Source: Nitrospirota bacterium
Lineage (GTDB): Bacteria; Nitrospirota; UBA9217
DNA: 64,000 nucleotides
Assembly (NCBI GenBank): GCA_963737155.1
Contig: CAVTRN010000001.1
Coordinates: 480,001-544,000 of the forward strand
Direction of reading: 5' to 3'
Shown in pieces: positions 50,340 through 60,928 of this stretch; position 1 is the first letter of the stretch; each line of letters starts with the position of its first letter. The notes under the pieces were generated by a model, which was given only the letters and a program-made list of their open reading frames with translations, did no database searches and had not been told where the DNA came from. The translations under genes and the position numbers were made by a program.

Positions 50340-50366
50340 TTATCGGTAAAAAAGCGAAAGTCTTTA
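50340..50366 (-). promoter_or_regulatory. sigma28 (FliA) promoter upstream of the TPR gene
   Basis: TAAA-N15-ACCGATAA. Confidence 0.65.
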
Positions 50367-50484
50367 ATCTCACGTATCTATCATCAGTAAAAAAAGCGCT
50401 AGTGCCACTATTTTGACACATGGGTTGTGGCCACGGTAAGACCATCCAGGCAAATCCTTCTACTTTCATAAAATATCATTAATA

Positions 50485-50552
50485 AATCAATTAGTTATAT
50501 TAAATCGTGAGGAGGCGGGGAAAAAGTCCATGACTGAGGTACAAATATTGCA
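50485..50552 (+). promoter_or_regulatory. IHF site plus sigma54 promoter of the sugar-biosynthesis operon
   Basis: AATCAAttagTTA (50485-50497); aGGTACaaataTTGCa with GG at 50538 and GC at 50550. Confidence 0.6.
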
Positions 50553-50627
50553 CATATAAAAAATTGCAATAATTAATTAACAACTCTAAAAAAATGTTTT
50601 TTCTACCGAATGTGAGGTGTTCTGATC

Positions 50628-51401
50628 ATGAAAGTTGTTATTCTAGCTGGGGGGCTCGGCACACGACTCAGCGAAGAAACCATCATACGTCCAAAGCCCA
50701 TGGTCGAACTCGGCGGAAAGCCGATTTTGTGGCACATCATGAAAATCTACTCTTTCTACGGCTTTCATGAGTTCATTGTCTGTCTCGGTTTCAAGGGTTA
50801 CATGATTAAGGAGTACTTCTCGAACTACTTTCTTCACATGAGTGATGTAACCTTCGATATGAAAAACAACGCCATGGAGGTCCATGAACACCATTCAGAA
50901 CCGTGGAGGGTGACGCTCATCGACACCGGAATGGAGTCCATGACTGGCGGTCGTATCAAACGCGTTGCACCTTTTGTCACCAATGAGGCATTCATGCTTA
51001 CTTATGGCGATGGCGTATCAAATGTCAATATAGCAGACCTTGTCGCCTATCATAGAAGCCATGGCAAGCTTGCAACAGTTACGGCAATTCAGCCTACGGG
51101 ACGGTACGGGGCGCTGCGACTGAACGGTTCTGAAGAAGTATTGGCGTTTCAAGAAAAGCCCGCGGGTGACGGGTCCTGGGTGAGTGGTGGCTTTTTCGTT
51201 CTAGAACCCCAGGTTCTCGATCTGATCAAGGACGACACCGTGAGCTTCGAGTCGGAGCCCCTTGAACGGCTTACCCAAAAAAGACAGTTGATCGCGCATC
51301 GGCACCGTGGATTCTGGCATGCCATGGACACCCTTCGTGACAAAAATCATCTGGAGGCGCTTTGGCAATCCGGTGCGGCGCCATGGAAGGTCTGGGAATA
51401 A
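50628..51401 (+). CDS. rfbF: Glucose-1-phosphate cytidylyltransferase
   Basis: LAGGLGTRLSEET..RPKPM, MTGGRIKR, LTYGDG, GFW.AMDTLRD. Confidence 0.96.
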   Translation: MKVVILAGGLGTRLSEETIIRPKPMVELGGKPILWHIMKIYSFYGFHEFIVCLGFKGYMIKEYFSNYFLHMSDVTFDMKNNAMEVHEHHSEPWRVTLIDTGMESMTGGRIKRVAPFVTNEAFMLTYGDGVSNVNIADLVAYHRSHGKLATVTAIQPTGRYGALRLNGSEEVLAFQEKPAGDGSWVSGGFFVLEPQVLDLIKDDTVSFESEPLERLTQKRQLIAHRHRGFWHAMDTLRDKNHLEALWQSGAAPWKVWE

Positions 51402-51435
51402 AGTCTTTTCACCGTATCCATCTAGAGGCGAATCA

Positions 51436-52521
51436 GTGCTCAACCGATCGTTCTGGAAAAATAGGAAAGTTTTCATAACCGGGCATACGGGATTCAAAGG
51501 AGCCTGGCTCTCCCTGTGGCTTCATGCATGGGGAGCCCGAGTGTTCGGCTATGCCTTAGATCCCCCGACAAACCCCAGCCTCTATGAATTGTGCCAGATC
51601 GACCAAGTGATTGACTCTACTACTATAGCCGATATACGGGACGGGGAAGCTCTCAGGAAGGCTTTCCAGATGTTTTTACCCGAAATCGTCATACACCTGG
51701 CTGCACAACCACTCGTTCGGGATTCCTATAATATTCCGATCGAGACCTATGCCGTAAACGTAATGGGCATAGTGAATCTCTGCGAGGCAGTGCGGAGCTG
51801 CCCATCCGTCAGGGTTGTTCTGAATGTCACGACTGATAAATGCTATGAAAACAAAGAGTGGGTCTGGGGATATCGCGAAAATGATCGGCTTGGCGGTCAT
51901 GACCCCTATTCTAGCAGCAAAGCATGCTCGGAACTGGTTACCGCTGCCTATCGAAACTCTTACTTTCACCCTGACAACTATGCAAGACATGGCGTAGCGG
52001 TTGCCTCGGCCCGCGCTGGCAACGTCATCGGTGGTGGCGACTGGGCTGCCGACCGGCTTGTCCCCGATTGCCTTCAGGCGATTCTTCGCGGGGAGAAGGC
52101 CATAATCAGGAATCCGCGGGCAATCCGACCGTGGCAGCATGTCCTTGAGCCGCTCGGTGGATACCTTCTTCTTGCACAAAAGCTGTATGAAGCCGGTCCG
52201 GGCTTCGGCGGCGCGTGGAACTTCGGGCCCCATGATTCCGATGCCGTGCCAGTCGAGCAGCTTGTAAAAAACCTATGTTTCAAATGGGGCAATGACGCAT
52301 CCTACATTGTTGATGAAGGTCAATATCCTCCTCATGAAACCAATTTTCTGAGGCTCGATTGCTCTAAGTCACGGGCGATGCTTGGGTGGCGTCCCCACTG
52401 GAATCTTGACAAAGCTCTCGACATGGTGATTGAATGGACATCGGACTTTCAGGGAGGCAAAGACGTGAAAAAGGGCTGTCTTGGTCAAATCGATGAATAT
52501 CTGTCCAGAGCCGAGGCGTAG
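51436..52521 (+). CDS. rfbG: CDP-glucose 4,6-dehydratase
   Basis: TGHTGFKG.WL, AAQPLVR, TTDKCYEN, PYSSSK, RAGNVIGGGDW, RPWQHVLEPL. Confidence 0.96.
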   Translation: MLNRSFWKNRKVFITGHTGFKGAWLSLWLHAWGARVFGYALDPPTNPSLYELCQIDQVIDSTTIADIRDGEALRKAFQMFLPEIVIHLAAQPLVRDSYNIPIETYAVNVMGIVNLCEAVRSCPSVRVVLNVTTDKCYENKEWVWGYRENDRLGGHDPYSSSKACSELVTAAYRNSYFHPDNYARHGVAVASARAGNVIGGGDWAADRLVPDCLQAILRGEKAIIRNPRAIRPWQHVLEPLGGYLLLAQKLYEAGPGFGGAWNFGPHDSDAVPVEQLVKNLCFKWGNDASYIVDEGQYPPHETNFLRLDCSKSRAMLGWRPHWNLDKALDMVIEWTSDFQGGKDVKKGCLGQIDEYLSRAEA

Positions 52522-52522
52522 C

Positions 52523-53878
52523 GTGCTGAAAGACCGAGAGCAGGAATTGCGCAGAGAGGCAGTTGAAGCTGCCATCCGCTACTACGCGCATAGGCATAAG
52601 GCTGGCCGCGTATTCACCCCGGGCGACCGCATTCCCTACGCGTCCCGCGTTTTCGACGAGAGAGAAGTGGCTGCGCTGGTCGACGCATCGCTTGATTTCT
52701 GGCTCACGGCCGGAAGGTATGCGGAGCAATTCGAGCGGGGCTTCGCGGAATTTCTGGGCGTCAAGCATTGTTCGCTGACAAATTCAGGTTCTTCTGCGAA
52801 CCTCCTCGCCTTCATGGCGCTAACATCGCCCAAACTGGGCGAACGACGGATCAGGAAGGGCGACGAAGTGATCACCGCCGCGGCAGCCTTCCCGACAACA
52901 GTCGCCCCGATAATCCAATTCGGCGCCGTGCCCGTATTTGTCGACGTCACACTGCCCACCTGCAACGTAGACTGCTCCCAGCTCGACCAGGCGCTATCGC
53001 AGAAGACCAAGGCCGTGATGCTGGCCCACACACTCGGCAACCCCTTTGATCTGGCCTCGGTCAGGGACTTCTGCAACCGACACGAATTGTGGCTGATTGA
53101 GGACAATTGCGACGCTTTGGGCTCCCGTTTTTTTCTGGACGGATCTTGGAGATTTACAGGCACCATCGGACATATCGGTACGTCGAGCTTCTACCCTCCC
53201 CACCACATGACGATGGGAGAGGGCGGCGCAACCTATACTAATGATGCAAAGCTAAAACGCCTCGTGGAATCCTTCCGTGACTGGGGCAGAGACTGTTGGT
53301 GTCCTTCAGGTCATGATAATACTTGCGAACAGCGGTTTACACAACAGTTCGGGGAACTGCCGAGGGGTTACGACCATAAGTACGTATATTCCCATTTTGG
53401 CTACAACCTGAAGGTAACAGACATGCAGGCAGCCATCGGATGCGCGCAGCTTGAAAAACTCCCCCGCTTTATTGAAGCACGAAAGAAGAACTGGGAGGTC
53501 CTGAGAAAAGGCCTTTCATCACTCGCGGACGCACTCATTCTTGCGGAGCCGACTAAGAATTCCGATCCAAGCTGGTTCGGTTTTTTGATGACGGTAAAAC
53601 AAGATGCCGATTTTTCACGGGACGAGATCGTCGCTCATCTTGAAAAAAACGGGATCCAGACAAGGATGCTTTTTGCAGGAAACCTCGTCAAACACCCTTG
53701 CTTTGACGAGATGCGTTCAACGGGTTTTGGCTATCGCGTCGCTGATCGACTGACCAACACTGATATCATCATGAATTCATCATTCTGGATCGGCACATAC
53801 CCCGGAATGTCAGAAGAGATGCTAATGTATATGGTTTCGAAAATTCACGAGTTTATAAAAAAGAAAACAGTTTCCTAG
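52523..53878 (+). CDS. rfbH: CDP-6-deoxy-4-keto-glucose 3-dehydrase (RfbH/DdhC)
   Basis: NSGSSANL, SFYPPHHMTMGEGG (His replaces the Schiff-base Lys), RDWGRDCWC...NTC, YDHKY. Confidence 0.94.
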   Translation: MLKDREQELRREAVEAAIRYYAHRHKAGRVFTPGDRIPYASRVFDEREVAALVDASLDFWLTAGRYAEQFERGFAEFLGVKHCSLTNSGSSANLLAFMALTSPKLGERRIRKGDEVITAAAAFPTTVAPIIQFGAVPVFVDVTLPTCNVDCSQLDQALSQKTKAVMLAHTLGNPFDLASVRDFCNRHELWLIEDNCDALGSRFFLDGSWRFTGTIGHIGTSSFYPPHHMTMGEGGATYTNDAKLKRLVESFRDWGRDCWCPSGHDNTCEQRFTQQFGELPRGYDHKYVYSHFGYNLKVTDMQAAIGCAQLEKLPRFIEARKKNWEVLRKGLSSLADALILAEPTKNSDPSWFGFLMTVKQDADFSRDEIVAHLEKNGIQTRMLFAGNLVKHPCFDEMRSTGFGYRVADRLTNTDIIMNSSFWIGTYPGMSEEMLMYMVSKIHEFIKKKTVS

Positions 53879-53889
53879 GGAGAGAGAAT

Positions 53890-55401
53890 ATGCCGACATA
53901 TTTTGATGAACCGCTCTTTGTCTTCGAGATGGCGAACAACCACATGGGAAGCGTTGACCATGGTCTTGACATGATTCAAGCCTTTGGTGATGTTGCAGGC
54001 CGTTTCCCGTTTAGATTCGCCTTAAAGTTTCAGTTTCGGCACTTTGAAACTTTTATCCATCCTGATTATCAGTCGCGTTCGGACCTGAAATACGTAAAAC
54101 GTTTCAGCGCCACAAAATTGACGAAGGAGCAATTTCAACGGCTTAAGGATGCTGCGGATGCACGGAATTTCATCGCGATGTGCACACCCTTTGATGAACT
54201 GTCTGTTGATCTGGCAGAGCAAATGGGATTTGACATCCTCAAGATCGCAAGTTGCTCCTTTACTGATTGGCCTCTCCTAGAACGTATCGCCCGGACGGAT
54301 AAACCGCTTATTGCTTCAACTGCAGGAGCTACCATCAAGAATATAGACAAGGTTGTGAGTTTTTTCCGACATCGGGGGAAACAGTTCGCAATCATGCACT
54401 GTGTGGGGGAGTATCCAACGACGGTGGATCATTTGCAACTGAATCAAATAGACTTGCTCAAACAAAGATATCAGGACGTTCCCGTCGGATTTTCAACACA
54501 TGAGGAGCCGTCCAATTTGGCTTCCATCCAGATGGCCATTGCGAAGGGCGCCGTTATTTTCGAAAAACATATCGCGATTGACACGTTGGAATTCAAAAAG
54601 AATGACTACTCTGCGACGCCTGAGCAGACAGGCCTCTGGTTGGATTCTGCTGCGCAAGCATTTCAGATGTGTGGCATTATCGGCAATCGGTCAAAGGCCA
54701 CCGAAAAGGAGCTGGCCGATCTTCGTCAGTTTAAGCGGGGGGTGTTCACATCCCGAAAGATAGCAAAGGGAGAAAAGATAGATCGAATAAACACTTTTTT
54801 CGCTTTTCCGAATTCCGATGGTCAGCTGCTTGCTAATGATATGTCCAAGTATATTGACTATTATGCTGAGAAGGATATCGAAGAACGCGGAGCGATCAAG
54901 ACAGACGAAATCAAGGCTATTGATAAGCGGGAGCGGGTATATAACGTCGTTCAACGGGTGAAGCGGATGCTCGTGGACGGAAATGTGGTCGTGCCAGGGA
55001 TGGCCACTCTCGAGATATCACATCACTACGGGCTTGAACGCTTTGAGGAATATGGCTGCACGATCATCAATGTAATCAACCGTGAATATTGCAAGAAATT
55101 GATCCTGCTCTTCCCAGGCCAGAAGCATCCAGAACAGTATCACAAACTGAAGGAAGAAACCTTTGTTGTCCTACATGGAGATGTGCAACTGACTTTGGAT
55201 GACACACTGAAACGCTGCAAACGAGGCGATATCGTCACCGTCAACCGCGGGGTGAGGCATCCCTTCACCTCCACAGGCGGGGCGATCATTGAAGAGATTT
55301 CATCCACCCATTTAAAGGATGACTCCTATTACACCGACGAGGAGATACTGAAAAATGGCAATAGAAAAACGGTACTTTCATACTGGATGGGCGCTGATTA
55401 G
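53890..55401 (+). CDS. NeuB-family synthase fused to SAF and C-terminal cupin domain
   Basis: EMANNHMG, KFQ, CTPFD, KIAS, MHCV.EYPT, GFSTHE, EKH; SAF RGVFTSRKI.KGE; cupin YCKKLI.L.PGQKHPEQYH..KEETF. Confidence 0.88.
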   Translation: MPTYFDEPLFVFEMANNHMGSVDHGLDMIQAFGDVAGRFPFRFALKFQFRHFETFIHPDYQSRSDLKYVKRFSATKLTKEQFQRLKDAADARNFIAMCTPFDELSVDLAEQMGFDILKIASCSFTDWPLLERIARTDKPLIASTAGATIKNIDKVVSFFRHRGKQFAIMHCVGEYPTTVDHLQLNQIDLLKQRYQDVPVGFSTHEEPSNLASIQMAIAKGAVIFEKHIAIDTLEFKKNDYSATPEQTGLWLDSAAQAFQMCGIIGNRSKATEKELADLRQFKRGVFTSRKIAKGEKIDRINTFFAFPNSDGQLLANDMSKYIDYYAEKDIEERGAIKTDEIKAIDKRERVYNVVQRVKRMLVDGNVVVPGMATLEISHHYGLERFEEYGCTIINVINREYCKKLILLFPGQKHPEQYHKLKEETFVVLHGDVQLTLDDTLKRCKRGDIVTVNRGVRHPFTSTGGAIIEEISSTHLKDDSYYTDEEILKNGNRKTVLSYWMGAD

Positions 55402-55407
55402 TTCCTA

Positions 55408-56022
55408 ATGATCCAGAAATTTAACCGTCTGGCTATGATAAAAACAATAGTCTGGGATATAGATGATGTGATGAACGACCTGATGAGGTCATGGCTGGAG
55501 TACGACTGGCTGCCGACGCATCCGGACTGCAGGCTGTGCTACAGCGACATAACGGAGAATCCGCCTCATCGCCTGCTCGGCGTCAGCGCGTCCGAGTATC
55601 TCGCGTCGCTTGACCGGTTTAGAATGTCCCCCGCGGCAGCGAAAATGAAGCCTCCTGATGGATTGTTTAACTGGTTTGAAAATCATGGCGCCCGATTCCG
55701 CCATGTCGCCCTGACGGCAAGACCCGTTGAAACAGTAGCCCCCGCCTTCACCTGGACACTGCAGCATTTTGGCCAGTGGTTTGAGACCTTCGCATTTGTC
55801 CCATCTGAGCGACCTGGGCAATTGCACAATGGTCCAGAACGGAGCAAGGAAGAGTATCTTGCATGGCTCAGTCGTGTGAATTTTTTTATTGACGATAGCC
55901 AAGCCAATGTTGCAACTTCAAGAAAACTGGGACTACGTTCATTCCTCGTCAGCAGGCCGTGGAACACCGGTGGAAAAGAGCTCAAGACCATCCTGAGGCA
56001 TATTCTGGATGAAACGGAATAA
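55408..56022 (+). CDS. HAD-superfamily (NT5C-like) phosphatase
   Basis: WDIDDV (DxD), LTAR, SK, FIDD, RPWN. Confidence 0.75.
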   Translation: MIQKFNRLAMIKTIVWDIDDVMNDLMRSWLEYDWLPTHPDCRLCYSDITENPPHRLLGVSASEYLASLDRFRMSPAAAKMKPPDGLFNWFENHGARFRHVALTARPVETVAPAFTWTLQHFGQWFETFAFVPSERPGQLHNGPERSKEEYLAWLSRVNFFIDDSQANVATSRKLGLRSFLVSRPWNTGGKELKTILRHILDETE

Positions 56023-56062
56023 AACTAAGCATTCGCACTGAGACATGGAAGGATCCGGCTTT

Positions 56063-57850
56063 ATGAAACTGTCAGACTATATTATGGCGTTTATCGCCGC
56101 ACACGGCGTGAAACATGTCTTTATGCTCCCCGGCGGCGGGGCAATGCATCTGGTGGATTCTCTCGGGAAAAATCGGAGACTACGCTATACCTGCAATCTC
56201 CATGAGCAGGCGTGCGCCATTGCCGCAGATGCATACAGCCAATACACAAATAGCCTTAGTGTGTCGCTTGTCACCACCGGCCCCGGAGGAACAAATACGA
56301 TCACCGGGGTCGCCGCATCGTGGCTCGACTCAATACCGGTCATGTTCATATCCGGCCAGGTAAAACGCGCGGATATGATCGGGACGCGCAAAGTGAGGCA
56401 GATAGGTTTTCAGGAAATCGACATCGTCAGCATAGTCCGTCCGATCACGAAATATGCCGTAACTGTAACTAACCCCGACGATATCAGATTCCACCTTGAA
56501 AAGGGTCTCTATCTTGCGCAATCCGACAGGCCTGGCCCCGTGTGGATTGACGTGCCGCTGGATGTGCAAGCTGCAATGATTGATGAGCGAATGCTGCAGT
56601 CTTATAAACCGCCAACAAGAAGAAAGCACCCTCCTGTTAAGAGAGCCGCCACCTCAGCCATTCGCATGCTGAACAACGCTGAGAGACCAGTCATCCTTGC
56701 CGGAAACGGAATTCGATTGTCCGGCAGTCTGAAAACATTCAGACAGCTGATCAAAACTCTTGATGTCCCCGTGCTAACAACCTGGAAGGCCATGGACCTT
56801 CTTCCCGAAACCCATCCGCTATATGCCGGTAGGCCCGGATCGATTGGGCAGCGGGGCGCCAATTTCGCGCAGCAGAATGCCGACCTCATTTTGGTTCTCG
56901 GGGCGAGGCTTGACCTCGGCCAGACCGCATACAACCACAAAAATTTTGCACGCGCGGCCATGAAAATCATGGTGGACATCGACCCGTATGAAATCAGGAA
57001 GATGGACACAACCATCGATCTTGCGGTTGAGGCCGATGTTGCGCTCTTTATTGAAGAGTTGCTTCGACGGAAATCTGGCTTGAAACGGAAAGACCACACG
57101 CCGTGGCTTTCGCGCTGCAAGGAGTGGCAAAAGAGATACCCTGTCGTATTAGCCGAGTACGGAAACCAGAAACACTTTGTAAATGACTACGTACTGATAA
57201 ACGTCCTTTCAGACGAAATGAGAGCTGATGACCTGATGATCCCCGGTAGTTCCGGTGCCTGCAGCGAGCGGACTATGCAGGCCTTCCGTGTGAAAGAGGG
57301 ACAGCGCGTATTTAACAGCGAAGGCCTCGGGTCCATGGGATTCGGCATACCGATGGCTATCGGAGGCTGCATTGCCAGCGGAAGGAAGAGAACGGTCTGT
57401 ATCGACGGGGACGGTGGGTTCGCAATGAACATCCAGGAACTGGAGGTTGTGCGGAGGGAAAACCTGCCAATCAAATTCTTTGTTCTGAACAATCAGGGAT
57501 ATGTCTCCATACAGATGACCCAGAAAAACTATTTCAACAGCCGGTTTGTTGCAAGCACTAGACAAAGCGGCCTTACACTACCTGATTATAAAAAGCTGGC
57601 AAAAGCCTTCGGCATACCTGTATTTCAACTGAAGAATCATAAAGACATCAGGGCAAAGGTCCGGAAGATATTGAATACGAGGGGGCCTGTTGTTTGTGAG
57701 GTTATGGTATCGCCCGACCAGACGACCGCACCGCGAATTTCATCGAAGCAACAGGCCGATGGCTCTATGGTTACGTTACCCATGGAGGATTTGTGGCCGT
57801 TCCTGGATCGGGAAGAGTTGGAACGCAATATGGACACATCACGGATGTAA
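56063..57850 (+). CDS. ThDP-dependent enzyme (YerE/acetolactate-synthase-like)
   Basis: PGGGAMHL, HEQAC, TTGPGGTN, GDGGFAMN.QEL, LNNQGY; located in a CDP-sugar operon. Confidence 0.9.
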   Translation: MKLSDYIMAFIAAHGVKHVFMLPGGGAMHLVDSLGKNRRLRYTCNLHEQACAIAADAYSQYTNSLSVSLVTTGPGGTNTITGVAASWLDSIPVMFISGQVKRADMIGTRKVRQIGFQEIDIVSIVRPITKYAVTVTNPDDIRFHLEKGLYLAQSDRPGPVWIDVPLDVQAAMIDERMLQSYKPPTRRKHPPVKRAATSAIRMLNNAERPVILAGNGIRLSGSLKTFRQLIKTLDVPVLTTWKAMDLLPETHPLYAGRPGSIGQRGANFAQQNADLILVLGARLDLGQTAYNHKNFARAAMKIMVDIDPYEIRKMDTTIDLAVEADVALFIEELLRRKSGLKRKDHTPWLSRCKEWQKRYPVVLAEYGNQKHFVNDYVLINVLSDEMRADDLMIPGSSGACSERTMQAFRVKEGQRVFNSEGLGSMGFGIPMAIGGCIASGRKRTVCIDGDGGFAMNIQELEVVRRENLPIKFFVLNNQGYVSIQMTQKNYFNSRFVASTRQSGLTLPDYKKLAKAFGIPVFQLKNHKDIRAKVRKILNTRGPVVCEVMVSPDQTTAPRISSKQQADGSMVTLPMEDLWPFLDREELERNMDTSRM

Positions 57851-57891
57851 TAAACACCTATCTTGATAGGCCGGAAACGAGTGATTTATTT

Positions 57892-58389
57892 ATGGCGTTA
57901 CGAGACGATATTAGCAACCTAGAGTCTTTAATTCACAACCCGCGTAAGGGGCTGCCAGAGGAAGTGTTTCTCTTTGTCAGCAGAATCACGCCTCTCGTTA
58001 ATGTGGACCTGCTGATCAAGAATGCTGCAAATGAAACCCTCCTCACTTGGAGAGATGAGGGAGATTATTCACCGGGTTGGCATATCCCGGGTGGAATCAT
58101 CCGCTTCAAGGAAACCATCGCTGGCAGGATTGCCGCAGTTGCGCGGCAGGAGCTTGGCACCGATGTAGAGTGTGATCCTGCGCCCACGGCAATCCATGAA
58201 ATCATTCACAGCGAGAGAAAGGACAGAGGGCATTTTATTTCACTCCTTTTTCGGTGCTATCTGGTTTCCCGACTTGACGCGACTTTGCATTATGACGGAG
58301 TAACACCAAGGCCGGGCGTATGGATGTGGCACCGTGCCTGCCCGGATAATCTTATCGCCGGCCACGACATCTATAGAAAGTATATATAA
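57892..58389 (+). CDS. NUDIX hydrolase (GDP-mannose mannosyl hydrolase-like)
   Basis: TPLVNVDLLI, WHIPGG.IRFKET...RI..VA..ELG. Confidence 0.8.
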   Translation: MALRDDISNLESLIHNPRKGLPEEVFLFVSRITPLVNVDLLIKNAANETLLTWRDEGDYSPGWHIPGGIIRFKETIAGRIAAVARQELGTDVECDPAPTAIHEIIHSERKDRGHFISLLFRCYLVSRLDATLHYDGVTPRPGVWMWHRACPDNLIAGHDIYRKYI

Positions 58390-58392
58390 TTC

Positions 58393-59535
58393 ATGACCAG
58401 GCAATATACCATATGCAGGGTATGTGGACATCCACTCTTTGACCAGGCACTGCTCACTTTTAAGAACATGCCTCGGGCAGCTCAGCATCTACCGGATGCT
58501 CACTCTCTTGAGCTGGATTCAGGGGTAGATCTTGAAGTCTGCCAATGCGTCGGGTGCGGGCAGGTACAGTTGAGTAATGACCCTGTCCCGTATTACAGGG
58601 AAGTCATCCGTGCCGCTGCAATTTCAGATGAGATGATACAGTTCAGGCTCGGACAGTTCACTGAATTGGTAAACCGACACTCGCTTGCAGGAAAGAAAGT
58701 TATTGAGTTCGGTTGCGGTCGTGGTGAGTATCTCGCGCTTATGCATCAAAGCGGTGCGGATGTGTATGGGATAGAGTATGGCGAGGATTCCGTCACTTAC
58801 TGCATCCGTAACGGGCTGAACGTTTTCCGCGGTTATATCGATGCGAGTAACTTTAAGATCAAGAATGCCCCGTTCGATGCATTTATGATCCTGAACTTTC
58901 TTGAGCATCTCCCTGATATCAATACTGTCCTGCGCGGCATATTTAATAACCTATCAGATGCTGCTATCGGTCTTGTCGAGGTACCGAACTTTGACATGAT
59001 TGTGCGCCGCAAATTGTTTTCGGAGTTTACCAGCGATCATCTTTATTATTTTACCCGAGAGACTCTTCAGGCTGTACTGCAACGTAATGGTTTCGACGTC
59101 ATCGAATGCGCTCCTGTATGGCATGATTATATCATTTCAGCAACGGTTCAGAAGCGCGACCGTCTCGATTTGTCTTGTTTCACCGACCAGCAGACGATGG
59201 TGAGACAGGAGTTAAACCGCTTTATCGGCCGGTTTAGTGTCAACAAAGTTGCCATATGGGGCGCAGGACATCAAGCTCTAGCCGTCATGGCACTGACCGA
59301 TCTAAATGGAAAGATCAGGTATGTTGTAGATTCCGCACCCTTCAAGCAGGGCAAATACACACCGGCGACGCATATCCCGATTGTTGCTCCAGATATGCTC
59401 GTGAACGACCCGGTGGAAGCAATTATCGTGATGGCTGCGAGTTATTCTGATGAGGTTGCCGGAATTATCCGGCAGCGCTTTGGATCTTCCATTTCGTTGG
59501 CAATACTCAGGGCCCATGGATTAGAAATGCTGTAG
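58393..59535 (+). CDS. SAM-dependent methyltransferase (NDP-sugar C-methyltransferase-like)
   Basis: N-terminal CRVC and C..C; EFGCGRG; LEHLPD; EVPN; C-terminal WGAG...VVD....KQGKY.P. Confidence 0.82.
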   Translation: MTRQYTICRVCGHPLFDQALLTFKNMPRAAQHLPDAHSLELDSGVDLEVCQCVGCGQVQLSNDPVPYYREVIRAAAISDEMIQFRLGQFTELVNRHSLAGKKVIEFGCGRGEYLALMHQSGADVYGIEYGEDSVTYCIRNGLNVFRGYIDASNFKIKNAPFDAFMILNFLEHLPDINTVLRGIFNNLSDAAIGLVEVPNFDMIVRRKLFSEFTSDHLYYFTRETLQAVLQRNGFDVIECAPVWHDYIISATVQKRDRLDLSCFTDQQTMVRQELNRFIGRFSVNKVAIWGAGHQALAVMALTDLNGKIRYVVDSAPFKQGKYTPATHIPIVAPDMLVNDPVEAIIVMAASYSDEVAGIIRQRFGSSISLAILRAHGLEML

Positions 59536-59559
59536 CAAGGTGAAGAGGAGGCAGTCCCT

Positions 59560-60657
59560 ATGGCACGTCAGCCTGAAAATTTAACGATAGATGAAACACA
59601 AAAACGGGAGACATTAAAGAAACTGAAACCGTATGTCTATAAAAAGATTCTGCAGTATGATGAGAAGGTGAAGCGAGGAGAGAGCATAGCTATTCTGCAG
59701 TTTCAGTATGATTACACATGCAACTTTCGTTGCGAGCACTGCTGCATCACTAAACTGCGCAGAAAAGAGGGCGGGCGGTGCTTCACAATTGCTGACGTGA
59801 AGGAACTTTCGCGTCAGGCGGACGAGATGGGACTTGCGCATATTGTTATTACCGGTGGAGAACCCCTCGTGTTTCCGGATTTTGATGAAATCGTAAAGGC
59901 GATTGATCCCCAGAAGTTTTACATTACCTCAGATACCAATGGATGGTTTTTGGATGCGAAACGCGCAAAGCATCTGAAAGAGATCGGCGTGGATAAGATT
60001 CAGCTGAGCCTGGACAATCTTTCTTCTGATGAACACGACACATTCAGAAAACACAAGGGCGCACATGAACATGCATTGCGCGCCATTGATGCGGCACAGA
60101 GTGCCGGTTTAAGTCTTCTCGTGCAGACGGTTGTATCCAAACAACGGGTCAGGTCCCAGGAGTTTCTTGACTTTCTAAGGTTTCTAAACCTCAAGGGTGT
60201 GCCTGTGTTTGTAACCTATGCCAAACCGGTGGGTGATTGGGAGGGAAACTTTGACGTCCTCGTCTCGAAGGAAGATATGGAGTATGTCAGATCATTGGAA
60301 AAGAAATATCAGGTATTTACGCATTTGACCCCATCGTACGGCCTGGAACTGGGTTGCATTGCTGTCAAACGGATGGTGTCGATTACCAAATACGGTGATG
60401 TCATGCCCTGTCCGTATATCCACACGTCACTCGGCAATTTTTTTAAGGAGCCGCTGAAGGATATCATTGAACGCGGCCTGAACATAAAGTTCTTTGGGAA
60501 ATTCGTCGATACATGTCTTATTGCAGAAGACCGAGATTTTATCAATAATTTCGATGTAAAGAAAATATACGGCAAGCCGCTTCCGGTGCCTTGCAATGAA
60601 GTTTTTTCTGCAGAGGATATTATTACCAAGGATCAGCGGAAGCTCTATCGGCCATAA
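59560..60657 (+). CDS. Radical SAM protein with SPASM/twitch domain
   Basis: CNFRCEHC, ITGGEPL, GC.A......I...GDV.PCP. Confidence 0.9.
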   Translation: MARQPENLTIDETQKRETLKKLKPYVYKKILQYDEKVKRGESIAILQFQYDYTCNFRCEHCCITKLRRKEGGRCFTIADVKELSRQADEMGLAHIVITGGEPLVFPDFDEIVKAIDPQKFYITSDTNGWFLDAKRAKHLKEIGVDKIQLSLDNLSSDEHDTFRKHKGAHEHALRAIDAAQSAGLSLLVQTVVSKQRVRSQEFLDFLRFLNLKGVPVFVTYAKPVGDWEGNFDVLVSKEDMEYVRSLEKKYQVFTHLTPSYGLELGCIAVKRMVSITKYGDVMPCPYIHTSLGNFFKEPLKDIIERGLNIKFFGKFVDTCLIAEDRDFINNFDVKKIYGKPLPVPCNEVFSAEDIITKDQRKLYRP

Positions 60658-60928
60658 TTACCTAGATTACGGTCAATCAAATTATTCCATAAAAGATTTA
60701 AGATGAAAAGGGTGAATGGATGGATCCTAATAAGGAAACACTCATGAAGTTATTCGAGCCCATTCCCTCATGATTTTTTAAACTGCACGCCACGAATTAT
60801 CAGGCAACAAAAGGTTATGAGCTATCACTCCCAGGTGAATATGAATTTATATGTATATCTGCCGCTCAAACTACGGCGTGAAGGCGCATTCGCAAGGCCA
60901 TTTTAGTAAATATAGGCTGAGATAGACC

